This document shows positions 39,059-49,653 of a stretch of 64,000 bases of DNA, in pieces. Under the pieces are notes generated by a model. It did not search any database. It worked only from the letters and a program-made list of their open reading frames with translations, and was not told the DNA's origin. Origin of the DNA: Hormoscilla sp. (GTDB lineage: Bacteria > Cyanobacteriota > Cyanobacteriia > Cyanobacteriales > Desertifilaceae); the NCBI GenBank assembly GCA_051439505.1, contig JBFRWI010000053.1, positions 27,865 through 91,864 on the forward strand, read 5' to 3'. The translations under genes were made by a program, and so were the position numbers. Each line of letters opens with the position of its first letter. Positions within the stretch are counted from its first letter, which is position 1.

Positions 39059-41875
39059 TTAGTCGGGATATAAAGCGGTAGTCGGAACAGTCAGTCGGTC
39101 CTGAATCATTGATTCCCAGTACAATTGCAGCAAGGGGTTGTTGGAGTTACTGATAAACTGCACTTTGATCGGAGTCTTGCGACCCCCAATCATTTCGATC
39201 GCGGCGCTTTCTGCTATACCTTTTTTTGATTTGGATGCCTCGATCGCCAGTTGACCGTCAATCCAAACTTTTACTTTTCCAGTTAAACCCACGCTGAACT
39301 GATATGCTTCCGTCCGGGGTACTTCCAGAAATCCTTCCCATTCGACGCTGAAGGATTTTGGTGTTAACTGTTCGGGCAGGTTCCAGGGTTTTGCTGGATC
39401 GACAACATATCGCTTTCCAAACTGTAGCCGATCGTCTATGCGTTGGGCGATCGGCTGCTGAAAATTATCTCCTCGAAAGTATGTCCCCCGCAACCCGGTT
39501 CCCTGCATTTGCGGTGCCCGGGGGCGATCGACAATATTGACAGTGCCTTTGTAGCGCCTGACTTTATCCCAACCATGTATCTTAAAGGCAATGTGATGAT
39601 TTTCGGCCTGGACCAACCAGATGACATCGCCGTTGGGACGGATAAAGATCTGACCGCCATTGTGATCGCCCCGCTTCCAGGGATGATAAACCCAGTCGGG
39701 CAAACCGTCGGAAATTCTACTATCTGCTAAGGTGCCTGCATAGAGACCTTCTTTATCAAAGACAACCCCCGGCGGTTGACCCGCCCGATCGGCATATACT
39801 ACCATGCCTTTAACTTCTCCGACAAAAGCCCCTGGTTGAAAGAAAACCCCTCTTTGGGTTCCATCGACGCCCGATCGACTGGCGACCTGGAGAAGATTTC
39901 CCGATCGGTCCCACTTGAGAATTTTAGCAATAGATAGTTCGTTGGCAGGCCAGAAATTCCCATGTCGTTCGTCACCGGGCATTCGCATCGCCCCCCGGGT
40001 TTGGTGAAGATTTCCCGCTGCATCCCGATACAAAGCCCCATAGTCGGGGTGTTGTAACAGTTCTGGGGGCAGTTCCGGACCTGCCTGGATCTGGGACAAG
40101 TCCCAAGAGGGAATGTCTCGGTTGGGACCTATCCAACCGCCAAATGCTAAAGTGTAATAGGCTGTCTTTTCCCAACCTGCTTGTAGTATTAAATTCCAAT
40201 CCCGATCGAGCCAAGATATATTCTTGTAAGTAGAATAGGTTTTCACCTCCCCCTCATCCCGCTGGAGATTTTCATTCAGGTCCGTCCAGACCGTAGCCTT
40301 GTTAGCATGATGGTCGTGTTCGGTAAATACCACTGCCCGCAGTTGTCTGTTTTCCTCATCCACTTTGAACACTTTCATGTCTGAGGAAACCAAGTAGATA
40401 TTTCCCTTAGCATGGCGGACAAACCAGCGGATGTAGGGAGAACCGCCTAATGCGCCGCCGAAACGGGGCTGAGTCTGATAAACTGAATGCACTTTCCAGC
40501 TTTTCCGATCGTAATCAACTTCCATGCGGATCAGGGCATTTACATGGCTTTCAAACCAGACATCACTGGGGTCGATCGAATTTATATAGGCAGCATTAAA
40601 AAAACCATGTCCGCCAAACCATTCACTTAAAATAGAGCCATCTTTGCCGCTAACTAAAGCCACGCGCTTGGGCAAAGCTGTTTCGACAATAAAAACATTG
40701 CCTTTCCCATCTGCTAGCAAGTCAAACGCAACTGTAAAATCACCTGGATTATATCGTCCCAGCCTTCTACCACCTTCCCGCCCGAATCTCCCTTGCAGGC
40801 GAAACTTGCTGTCATACTTTTTAATCTGAAAACTGGGTTCCCCTTCCGCGACAAAAATATCTCCCGTATTCGGATCTACAGCAAGACGTTGGGGGGCGAT
40901 CGCATCTTTTATTACTACCCGGGCTGTTTTCTGACCTGGTTTAATACGCAAAATTGCATTATCCGTGCCGACAAATATCGACCCATCTGCACCTACTTCT
41001 ACTGTTTTGGGATTAGCAACGGGAATGGAATATTTTATTTGACCATTTTCCGGGTTAATGACATGAACTTGATTTTTTTCGACATCCGTCACTGCTATAA
41101 CTGTACCCCGGGCCGCCAGGTCGTTAGGATTGATAAATTGTCCCTCTGGTGTTTTGTAAAGGGGCCAGGTTGCTTCAATAGCTAGGCTGTCCCGGTTGAG
41201 TCGGCGAATATTGCCACTGCGGGTGAGACCGAATAGTTTGCGATCGGCTATGCCAATGGCTTGCAATTCGTTACCATCATACCACTGGCGTGTGGTCTTG
41301 AGACGCTGTTTTCCATCCATACTCTGCTTGCGGATCATATCAGCAACCTCGCTGAAATAAGAGGCCAGATACATGCCAGTTTCGTCAGCGGCGATCGTCG
41401 ATACGGGCAGGTGGTCTCCCACCCAACGATCCCAGGAATTGCTCGGAGGATTTATGCCCAAGCGCATGATAAACTCGGCGGGAAATCCTTCGGTAAACAG
41501 CAGCTTCCATTCATAGGTTCCCGGTGGCACCGGTTGCCCCAGGCGATCGCGTCCGTCCCAAGTAATGCTATGGTTTCCGGCCTCGTACTCATTACCTCGT
41601 AGCAGTTCCCGCAGCATTTTCCCAGTTTCTTTTTCATAAACTGCCAGGGATACTTTCCCATCTCTACTAAGAGTAAAAGTTATTTTCCCCGGTTGGGGCG
41701 ATCGGGGTACTTCCTGCCAAGTTACTGGCATGTTATCGTAACTCCATTCCTGTCCTGCTGGCCGGGCCGACACCACAGGTTGCGATAATGTCTGACAGGA
41801 GGCGCTCGACAGGACTCCTGGTAAAATCAACAGCAATGAGTACAGCTTAATCTTCCGGTTTAAAATTTTCATCAT
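39059..41875 (-). CDS. Secreted or lipoprotein with FlgD Ig-like, beta-propeller (NHL-like) and PA14 domains
   Basis: Signal peptide with SASC; ITWDGRD..GQPVPPGTY; propeller repeats; GTGLRGTYF...FSVEWEGFL (PA14). Confidence 0.8.
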   Translation of the reverse strand: MMKILNRKIKLYSLLLILPGVLSSASCQTLSQPVVSARPAGQEWSYDNMPVTWQEVPRSPQPGKITFTLSRDGKVSLAVYEKETGKMLRELLRGNEYEAGNHSITWDGRDRLGQPVPPGTYEWKLLFTEGFPAEFIMRLGINPPSNSWDRWVGDHLPVSTIAADETGMYLASYFSEVADMIRKQSMDGKQRLKTTRQWYDGNELQAIGIADRKLFGLTRSGNIRRLNRDSLAIEATWPLYKTPEGQFINPNDLAARGTVIAVTDVEKNQVHVINPENGQIKYSIPVANPKTVEVGADGSIFVGTDNAILRIKPGQKTARVVIKDAIAPQRLAVDPNTGDIFVAEGEPSFQIKKYDSKFRLQGRFGREGGRRLGRYNPGDFTVAFDLLADGKGNVFIVETALPKRVALVSGKDGSILSEWFGGHGFFNAAYINSIDPSDVWFESHVNALIRMEVDYDRKSWKVHSVYQTQPRFGGALGGSPYIRWFVRHAKGNIYLVSSDMKVFKVDEENRQLRAVVFTEHDHHANKATVWTDLNENLQRDEGEVKTYSTYKNISWLDRDWNLILQAGWEKTAYYTLAFGGWIGPNRDIPSWDLSQIQAGPELPPELLQHPDYGALYRDAAGNLHQTRGAMRMPGDERHGNFWPANELSIAKILKWDRSGNLLQVASRSGVDGTQRGVFFQPGAFVGEVKGMVVYADRAGQPPGVVFDKEGLYAGTLADSRISDGLPDWVYHPWKRGDHNGGQIFIRPNGDVIWLVQAENHHIAFKIHGWDKVRRYKGTVNIVDRPRAPQMQGTGLRGTYFRGDNFQQPIAQRIDDRLQFGKRYVVDPAKPWNLPEQLTPKSFSVEWEGFLEVPRTEAYQFSVGLTGKVKVWIDGQLAIEASKSKKGIAESAAIEMIGGRKTPIKVQFISNSNNPLLQLYWESMIQDRLTVPTTALYPD

Positions 41876-41942
41876 CTTTTCCCCCTAGTCTGGAGTCTCC
41901 CGCAGCCTCTTGTTTTAGGCTAGCACATTTATTCTGGGAATG

Positions 41943-42728
41943 TCAAGCCACCCAAGCTGTTTTTTTTGGCTGGGGACGCAGCAGTCTCCTGATTTCATTA
42001 TTGTACTCCTTAAACTGAGGAAGAGGCTTAATTTTATAGAGGCGTTCGGGGGGCAGTTTAATTTTCAGTTCTTGTTTAATTGTCCCCGGGGATGATGTCA
42101 GGACGTAAAGCCGTTGAGAGAGAAAAACCGCTTCTTCTACATCGCCAGTCATCATCAAGATAGTTATTCCGAGGCGTCGCCACAACTGACGGAGAAATTC
42201 TTGCATCCCTTCCCTCATCTGCTGGTCTAAATATTTAAATGGTTCATCTAGCAATAAAATTCTCGGTTGTGAGGCTAAGGCGCAGGCAAGCAACACTCGT
42301 TGCTTCATCGCTTTGGACAATTCTTGGGGTAAAGAGTTAGCTAACAGAGTCAAACCCAATATCCGTAAATACTCAGCTACCCGTTTTTTTCTTTCGGTAG
42401 ACGATAGCTGTTGCAACCCACAGGCGATGTTAGCTGCTACATCGATCCAGGGACAAAGGCGATAGTTTTCGTATATCAGACTACATGCTGCTGTTGGCGA
42501 GGTGATGGGCAGGCCATCCAAAAGCACTTCTCCAGCAGTGGGTGTTTCTAACCCGGCGAGCAGGCGCAACAGGGTTGACTTGCCCGAAAGGGTTGCTCCC
42601 ACAACACAGACAAATTCTCCGGAATCCACCTGCATGTTAATATTCTTAAGGGCGATTATTGCACCGTCTTTGGTAGTAAATTGTTTATCAAGCTGAGTAA
42701 TTTTTAAGCCCATGATAGATACACCCAT
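41943..42728 (-). CDS. NitT/TauT-type ABC ATPase with degenerate catalytic motifs
   Basis: Motifs GATLSGKST, LSKAMKQR, LLLDEPF and MTGDVEEAV. Confidence 0.85.
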   Translation of the reverse strand: MGVSIMGLKITQLDKQFTTKDGAIIALKNINMQVDSGEFVCVVGATLSGKSTLLRLLAGLETPTAGEVLLDGLPITSPTAACSLIYENYRLCPWIDVAANIACGLQQLSSTERKKRVAEYLRILGLTLLANSLPQELSKAMKQRVLLACALASQPRILLLDEPFKYLDQQMREGMQEFLRQLWRRLGITILMMTGDVEEAVFLSQRLYVLTSSPGTIKQELKIKLPPERLYKIKPLPQFKEYNNEIRRLLRPQPKKTAWVA

Positions 42729-42948
42729 TTCTTAATTACTCAGAATTTATCGGAAAATTTCCCATGTTAGGTGATGGGTGAGACCCCTCATGTACTCGGA
42801 GGTTCCTAGGTTCGTAGTGAGGACTTCAGTCCTCCTACCGCCCGAGTTAAGGGTTGGGTAAGGGACCCAAGTTAAGGGTTGGGTAAGGGACCTCTACCCA
42901 ACCTACAGGATCGCATTTTCGATTACGAGCATTTAAGGAGAATTTATA

Positions 42949-44082
42949 TTACTTACAAATACCTCCAGGTTCGACTGTTATTCCCTGACAAATTTCGGCC
43001 AACTGCACGAATTTATCGGCGAGCAATGTATCTATGATGTTATCCTTGTCAACTGCGATCGCATCTACCAGGACTGCGGGGATTTTCCCACCCGTTGCAG
43101 TCTCGATCGTACTGTTAATTATCTCCCCTGGATACCTGCCTGAACTCAAGGCCCCTACCAATTTGGCAGTTGCTGCTGCTTCCTGACTAATTGGTTTGTA
43201 AACTGTCATTGCTTGGTCCCCTTTCAGGATGTTCTGGAGGGCGAATAGTTCCGCATCTTGTCCTGTTACTAATACTTTACCATTTAATTTGTAATTCCGC
43301 AATACTTCAATTACACTGTTAGCCATGTTATCGTTCGCTACATACAATATCTGGATATCCCTATTATGTTTAGCTAGCACCTCGGCCACGCGATCGCCCG
43401 CTATTTCTCCGTCCCAGTATGGGGTATATTCGTCGAAAACGAGCTGCAGGTCTCCCCTATCAATAAGTGGCTGTAATTTTTTCAGCACTCCTTCGCGGAA
43501 TAGCCGGGCATTATTATCTGTAGCAGAGCCATGGATCATTACCAGTTTGGCTCCCTTTTTCAGCCCGTATCCCCCTTGCTGGTATTGTGCGACTATGTAC
43601 TGACCTTGCAGTTCTCCCACTTCCTCGTTATTAAAGGAAACGTAAAACATCGTATCCTCATCTAAAATCGCGCGATCGTAGGCAATAACTGGTACATTCT
43701 GCTGTTTAGCTGCTTGGACAATGACTGGTGCTTGGTTACCATCTACTGGGTCGAGAACCAGGATGCAAGCACCCGCACTTAATGCTGTTTCCGCCTGATA
43801 CTCCTGAGTGTCGGCAACTCCCTGGGCATTAAAATACTGAATTGTTACTCCGGGGATTCTTTTGTCAATCTCCTGCTTGAGCATGGGGCGATCGTATTTA
43901 TCATACCGTTCAGTTTCATCTTCTGGCAGGAGGATGGCGACGTTTTGGCAGCCTTGGGCCGCCGTCCACCAGGGTGCATCATCATCTTTGGCATTTCTAC
44001 AACCTGCTACCATGTTTAAGGACAGTAAAATTCCTATTAGCAGAAATAATGGACGGACTTTTTGCTGATTTTTGTTCATCAC
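42949..44082 (-). CDS. XylF-like sugar-binding lipoprotein
   Basis: Lipobox VAGC; motifs VIAYDR, ANDNMA, VTGQDA and QAMTVYKP. Confidence 0.9.
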   Translation of the reverse strand: MMNKNQQKVRPLFLLIGILLSLNMVAGCRNAKDDDAPWWTAAQGCQNVAILLPEDETERYDKYDRPMLKQEIDKRIPGVTIQYFNAQGVADTQEYQAETALSAGACILVLDPVDGNQAPVIVQAAKQQNVPVIAYDRAILDEDTMFYVSFNNEEVGELQGQYIVAQYQQGGYGLKKGAKLVMIHGSATDNNARLFREGVLKKLQPLIDRGDLQLVFDEYTPYWDGEIAGDRVAEVLAKHNRDIQILYVANDNMANSVIEVLRNYKLNGKVLVTGQDAELFALQNILKGDQAMTVYKPISQEAAATAKLVGALSSGRYPGEIINSTIETATGGKIPAVLVDAIAVDKDNIIDTLLADKFVQLAEICQGITVEPGGICK

Positions 44083-44292
44083 TGAGTAAAAATGTAACTA
44101 TTTTCTCCGATCTGGTTGATGCTATAGGTTATTACTGAGTCTCCTGGCCCGCCTTCCGTGTCTCCTGGGAGCGCTATTCGCACTACCCAGGAGACACGGA
44201 GGGTTCAAACCCACGGCTAATAGCTAAAGTCGGTTGAAAACCGACTGAAAACCTTGTAGAGAGATGTCTCCTATGTGCCGTTCCCGTAGCCT

Positions 44293-44416
44293 CAATACCT
44301 CTCGGTTAAGGACATAGTTGTCATTGCGAGGGGGGGATAACCGCGATCAACTCATAGGAAATTGAGTTAACCCCCCGAAGCAATCTCCCAGTTCCCTGCT
44401 ATCCCTTGAAGTATTG
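44293..44416. mobile_element. MITE family A
   Basis: Ends CAATACCTC...GAAGTATTG; flanks CCCGTAGCCT and CCCGTAGCGT. Confidence 0.85.
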
Positions 44417-44515
44417 CCCGTAGCGTTTAGCGTGCAGCCATTTCCCCTCTGCCTCTTGTTGCAACTGGTGCGAGATAAATGGAGGACTAAAGTCCTCACT
44501 ACGAACAAGGGATAT

Positions 44516-45628
44516 TTACTCGCAAATTCCCCCAGTATCGACTGTTATTCCCTCACAAAGTTCTGCCTTCGTCACGAAGCCATCTTCGATTACGATCGAG
44601 ATATTGCTTTTGTCAATTGCGATCGCATCTATCAGGAGGAATGAGGGAATTTCCCCACCAGCATCTGTCTTGGTTGTGCCATTACTTATCTCCTTTATAT
44701 CCATGCCCTTACTCAAAGCAGCCACCACCTCAGCCGTTTTTCGTGCTTCCTCGCGAATTGGTTTGTAAACAGTCATTGCTTGATCGCCCTTCAGAATGTT
44801 CTGAATAGCTTGCACTGTAGCATCTTGTCCAGTTACTAGAACTTTACCATTTAAGTTACGATTCCGCAAAACTTCAATCACGCTGTTAGCCATGTTATCA
44901 TTGGCTACATAAGCAATTTGGATGTCGTTATTGTGTTCCTTCAGCAACTCTTCCATCCGATCGCCCGCTATTTTCCTGTCCCAGTAAGGAGTATATTCGT
45001 CGTCGCTGGAAACCAGGACCAGGTCTCCGTTATCAATAAGTGGCTGTAATTTATTGAGTACACCTTGACTGAATATTTTGGCATTATTATCCGTAGGTGC
45101 GCCATGAATCATTACCAGTTTTGCTCCTTTTTTTAGCCCGTATCCCCCTTGCTGGTATTGCTCGACGATGTACTCACCTTGAAGTTCGCCTACCTGCACG
45201 CCGTTAAAGGAAACGTAAAAAGCGGTATCGTTATCTTGAATTATGCGATCGTAGGCGACAACTGGAACTTTCTTCTCTTTTGCTGTTTGGACAATTTCTG
45301 ATGCTTCCTCCCGATCTACTGGATCGAGAACCAGGATGCAAGCACGCTTGTTTAATGCTGTTTCCGCCTGTGCCTCCTGTATCCTATGAATATTTTTGGC
45401 ATTGAAATACTGAATATTTACTCCAGGTAATTCGCTCTCAATCGCCTTCTTAAGCATGGGGTAGTCATACTTTTCATACCGTTCAGCTTGATCCTTGGGC
45501 AGAAGAATAGCCACGTTTTTGCAGTCTTTGGCCGCAGTCCACCCTTGACAACCTGCGATAATGTTTAAGGAAAGTAAAAGGAAAATTATCAAACAAAATG
45601 GACGGACTATTTTCATGTTTTTTTTCAT
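44516..45628 (-). CDS. XylF-like sugar-binding lipoprotein (paralog)
   Basis: Lipobox IAGC; same motifs as, and close similarity to, 42949-44082. Confidence 0.9.
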   Translation of the reverse strand: MKKNMKIVRPFCLIIFLLLSLNIIAGCQGWTAAKDCKNVAILLPKDQAERYEKYDYPMLKKAIESELPGVNIQYFNAKNIHRIQEAQAETALNKRACILVLDPVDREEASEIVQTAKEKKVPVVAYDRIIQDNDTAFYVSFNGVQVGELQGEYIVEQYQQGGYGLKKGAKLVMIHGAPTDNNAKIFSQGVLNKLQPLIDNGDLVLVSSDDEYTPYWDRKIAGDRMEELLKEHNNDIQIAYVANDNMANSVIEVLRNRNLNGKVLVTGQDATVQAIQNILKGDQAMTVYKPIREEARKTAEVVAALSKGMDIKEISNGTTKTDAGGEIPSFLLIDAIAIDKSNISIVIEDGFVTKAELCEGITVDTGGICE

Positions 45629-45643
45629 AACTGCTCTCTAATC

Positions 45644-46789
45644 TTACTTCGGAACGCAAACTCGTTGTTTGAATTTTTGGAATTGAGGTACATTCCCCAG
45701 CCTGTCACAGAAGTCATTAGTTTCTGCTACAGCATCTTCAAGATACTGGGCAGTAAACAGGTCTTGTGGGTTCTGAGGTTTCCGATCTAGTAGACCTGCT
45801 TGAGATAGTAAACTAGCGATCGCTTCGATCTGCTTCTCTAGTTTTCCCCCTTCAGTCAACCAATAGTTTGCTTCAATTGCTGTAAAAAAGTGTATACCTT
45901 GTCCAACCTTCGCCGCTGCCTCCGGTGATAATTCGCTTTCGGAGAAAATTTGTGCTCCTATCAGCGACTCATCCAATACAGGAGATATAATGTAATCGTA
46001 GTAGGCCGTCAGGAATTTGGAGACTGCCTCAGGTTTATTCTGGAGCAAGCGGTTGGAAGCAACTATCACATCTATGATTTTTTTCGGCTGACCCTCGGTA
46101 GAAAAATCCACTTTTTTATACCCATTCTGTTCAGCTATAGTAAGGTATGGCTCTCTGAGGATGGCTAACGCTACCTCCGGCTCTACTTGTAAGCGCTTCC
46201 ATGCATCGCGATCGTCTGATGCTTCTAGATTTTCAAATAATTGATTAAATGCATTAAAGCTGTTATTTATCAAGACGAGAAAAAACTCACTGGGACTGTC
46301 AGCAGCGTATACAACCTTGAGCGGCTGTTTTTTACCTTTCTCTTGCTCAGCTAGCGATCGCAATTTTTCTAATGTCGTCACGCTGGGATATTGTTTCGTA
46401 TTCAGTACCGCCCCATCAGCTCCGACGCTGCGATCGATCATCCCCACAATTTTACCATCGGGCGTCTGCCGCAGGAATTGATCCAGGGTCATCGCTATTA
46501 AGTCAGCTTCTCCCCGATTAAAAAGCTCAATGATTTCCTGCCGATCGAATACATTTCTGTAACTTAGCGCGAGCTGAACTTCTTCGAGCTTTTTCTGGAA
46601 TTGAGGATAATAACGGAATGTACTATAGCCGCTGAAGCTGCTCCCTAGCATCCGCAATTTTTCTGAAGATGGCGCTGGGGAGGGTAATGACGAGAAGCTA
46701 ACTATAGCGATAACTGTCGCCATGAAGATAATCAATAACCACAGCCCAGAATGTCTTTTTATATTTGTACCACGGTTGTCGCCGATCAT
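45644..46789 (-). CDS. NMT1/THI5-like (type II) substrate-binding protein
   Basis: N-terminal TM; motifs FSGYSTFR, TLDQFL, IDRSVGADG, EPY and IIDVIVAS. Confidence 0.78.
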   Translation of the reverse strand: MIGDNRGTNIKRHSGLWLLIIFMATVIAIVSFSSLPSPAPSSEKLRMLGSSFSGYSTFRYYPQFQKKLEEVQLALSYRNVFDRQEIIELFNRGEADLIAMTLDQFLRQTPDGKIVGMIDRSVGADGAVLNTKQYPSVTTLEKLRSLAEQEKGKKQPLKVVYAADSPSEFFLVLINNSFNAFNQLFENLEASDDRDAWKRLQVEPEVALAILREPYLTIAEQNGYKKVDFSTEGQPKKIIDVIVASNRLLQNKPEAVSKFLTAYYDYIISPVLDESLIGAQIFSESELSPEAAAKVGQGIHFFTAIEANYWLTEGGKLEKQIEAIASLLSQAGLLDRKPQNPQDLFTAQYLEDAVAETNDFCDRLGNVPQFQKFKQRVCVPK

Positions 46790-46868
46790 TATATTTAAGT
46801 AACTTTCTCTCTTGTGAGATTATAAAATATATTTCTGTGCAAATCAATAATCTTTGGAAAAGAATATT

Positions 46869-49646
46869 TCAGACTGCATCTCCCATCTTTCGCTCCCTCA
46901 CCCAGCGTCCCATGAGTTCGACCGTATAGATGTACTGCTCGTCACGCTGCTCAATCACGTCGTGACGTTGCAGGGTTTCCAGGGCGTATTGGATTTCCTC
47001 GGGACTAAAACCTGTTCGCTCTGCCAACTCTGTCAATGATAAACTTGTGTCCGTGAGAGCCTTTAATATCTCCAATTGACCAGTTTGCTGACTATCTTTT
47101 GCCTGACTCCAGACGCCCTCGAAGTAGGAACCGCCATCTTCGTAGAATTCTGTAGAATTGATGACAGCTTCCACATCCTCTACCGTCAAGCGGGAATCGC
47201 GTTTGATTCCTTCGTAAACGATCTGTCGGTTGAAGCGGGTTACCAGGTTGTCACAGATCAATTGCACCAGATAGGGCTGACCATTTGTCAACTGGATAAT
47301 CTGCTCCACCGCATCTGAGTCATAATCGAGAGGAAAGTCGTCGGTAGGCTGGGTGATGAGCCGTATGGCGGCGGGGCGGGGGAGAAAGCTGACTCGAATT
47401 GCTCTGACGCTGCTATAGAGAGGATTCCAATAGTTGCGGCGCATTTCTTCCAAGTTGTGCAGACCTGCAAAGGCCATGATAAACCAAGGGTAGGTCTGAA
47501 ACGTGCCCCGCCAGTTTTCCAACAGAAAGGGATCTATTCGCCCTTGGTCGATTTGCAGATCAATACTTTCAAATTCGTCAACGGTGACAATGAAGCGATC
47601 GCCATCTATTACCAGGTGGAGGCGTTGTAGAAAGCGGTCAAAGGTCCTATAGGGATCGTTAAGGAATTCCTCCTGGTTTAGCTTCCCGATGTCGGTCTGG
47701 GTGCGCTCTATCCAGGCATCATACATCTTCTCTGCCAGGTAAAACAGCAATTTTCCGGTGTTTTCCACCCGTCCAATGCGCTGCATATTGAAATCTATAA
47801 TTATAGTCCGATCGCTAAAATAGGCCCCCAAGTTTTGCAGGATGGAGGTTTTACCCATACGCCGATGACCGTATAGCACCACCGAGTCGCACTGCTTTGA
47901 CTTCCCCCAGGATTGCTGTAGCTGTTGCAGGATATCCTCACGCCCCACAAACAGTTTGCCAGTTACGGGGTTGCCTGCGACATAAGGGTTGTCTACTCGA
48001 CTAAGCACCTGAATACGTGCCAGTTTCCCCTGGGCGTCGCTCGCTAACCTGCGCCATTGGCGGATGATGCGCTGTAGGATAGTCTGTTCTGGGGCGACTA
48101 CTTCAGCAGTAACGTACTCCTCTAAGCAATCGAGGGAGTCGCTAGCCAAGGCGAGAGCAGCTAGCTTGTTGCGCTGGCTAGTGGCAGCTTGGTAGGTAGC
48201 CACATCAGCACCGACTTCCTTCAGGCGTTCCAGCGCTGTCAGCACGGTCGGTCGGACAGCAGTGTCTAGAGGTATTTCGGGTAAAGTCTCTATAACATCA
48301 ACGGCTGCGGGGATATTATCCAGATGGTCGTAAGCCAAAAATGCGGTCAAGGCTGCAAAGGATTGACTAATTTCCACGCCGCCCGAGTAGTCGGTCAAAC
48401 CCTCGTAGGTTGTTTGGTATTTGGACAAGTCGAAATCCTTAGCATCGACTGTCCCTTCTGGGAGCAGCCGAGCGAGCATACCAGCAAAGCGAGTCAGGGA
48501 TGTATGACGGCGATCGCGCCATCTCCCGATCGGAACCAAGACCCTATTGTCAGCCAACCTTGTCGGATCGGTACTCAAGTCCAGGGACTGTCGGTCCAGT
48601 TCTCCCAGTAACAGTTGTCTGGTGGTTGGTAAGACTTCCCAATCTCCCGGGTTGACTGGCGCAAAAGTATATTCATCTAACATAGGAGCACGAAGCAACT
48701 CATAGAGAAAGTATAGGGGCGCTGAATGTTCGTGCAGGTAGTTGTGCAACGCCTGCCGTGGGGCCCAGCGCTGAAAAGGGTTGCGGGCTACTTCTGCCAC
48801 AATGGCCAGTCCCGACTCGGCATCCCGCTGCAACCGCCGAAGCAGTGCCTGTCGCGTCCCTGGCAGTGGCAAGACGAGTAACTCGTTCCACTCCACAGGA
48901 TGGGTTGGGCCACGGTTTCGGAAAAATCCCAAGGCGCTGCAAAATGCGACAAGCAGCTCAAATGGGTAAAAGATAACGCCCGAGGCTCCCACGCTGCTAG
49001 CAATGATAACCGCTATAGCGATCGCCACTTTACCTGTTAATAAGAACCAAGCACCGATCGCCCAGCCAAAGGCCATGCCGAAGGTTAGGCCCTCTGTCAC
49101 TCCAGCTACCGCACTGAAGCCTACGCCAAAGGCTAACCCAGTTGTATGGGCGATCGCCGCGCCGACCTCCACAGTCAACTCTATGCCCAACTCTATGCCA
49201 CTTACCAGCAGGGCGATCGTCGCTACGCCAACTGCCACACCGAAGGCTATGCCACCTGCCACGCCACCTGCCACTCCGATCGCAAAGCTGCCCAGGAGGC
49301 TGTACCCAAAGGCGATCGCCAGTGTAATTGCCGCTGCCCCTGCCAGGCCCAACCAGTTTATTGTCGTCTGCTGGGCAGTCACCAGTGCAAACAGCAACCC
49401 CCCTAGCGCCGAAAGCAACAGGACTGTACCGGGCATCATCAGATAAAGATTGCGGTATGCCCTTCGGTGCAGGGTGCTAATTACGCTCAACCCATAGTAG
49501 TAAAGGTTAGGGTCTGACCGGTAGAGATAGTATTTGAGGGCCGTGGGACGAAAGTAGACCCAGTAAGCCAGCAACAAGTAGTGGCCAGGGTTGAGCGGAT
49601 TTAGATATTCAGGTAATTGACCTTCATAGGTAGGAAATCTAGACAT
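46869..49646 (-). CDS. Membrane-anchored STAND-like/AAA P-loop NTPase with winged-helix tail
   Basis: Gly/Ala-rich TM repeats, then NPY.AG.PV..LFVGRE, GHRRMGKTS, VTVDEFE and TNGQPYLVQ. Probable start is MSRFPTY (49646). Confidence 0.85.
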   Translation of the reverse strand: MSRFPTYEGQLPEYLNPLNPGHYLLLAYWVYFRPTALKYYLYRSDPNLYYYGLSVISTLHRRAYRNLYLMMPGTVLLLSALGGLLFALVTAQQTTINWLGLAGAAAITLAIAFGYSLLGSFAIGVAGGVAGGIAFGVAVGVATIALLVSGIELGIELTVEVGAAIAHTTGLAFGVGFSAVAGVTEGLTFGMAFGWAIGAWFLLTGKVAIAIAVIIASSVGASGVIFYPFELLVAFCSALGFFRNRGPTHPVEWNELLVLPLPGTRQALLRRLQRDAESGLAIVAEVARNPFQRWAPRQALHNYLHEHSAPLYFLYELLRAPMLDEYTFAPVNPGDWEVLPTTRQLLLGELDRQSLDLSTDPTRLADNRVLVPIGRWRDRRHTSLTRFAGMLARLLPEGTVDAKDFDLSKYQTTYEGLTDYSGGVEISQSFAALTAFLAYDHLDNIPAAVDVIETLPEIPLDTAVRPTVLTALERLKEVGADVATYQAATSQRNKLAALALASDSLDCLEEYVTAEVVAPEQTILQRIIRQWRRLASDAQGKLARIQVLSRVDNPYVAGNPVTGKLFVGREDILQQLQQSWGKSKQCDSVVLYGHRRMGKTSILQNLGAYFSDRTIIIDFNMQRIGRVENTGKLLFYLAEKMYDAWIERTQTDIGKLNQEEFLNDPYRTFDRFLQRLHLVIDGDRFIVTVDEFESIDLQIDQGRIDPFLLENWRGTFQTYPWFIMAFAGLHNLEEMRRNYWNPLYSSVRAIRVSFLPRPAAIRLITQPTDDFPLDYDSDAVEQIIQLTNGQPYLVQLICDNLVTRFNRQIVYEGIKRDSRLTVEDVEAVINSTEFYEDGGSYFEGVWSQAKDSQQTGQLEILKALTDTSLSLTELAERTGFSPEEIQYALETLQRHDVIEQRDEQYIYTVELMGRWVRERKMGDAV

Positions 49647-49653
49647 CAGGACT

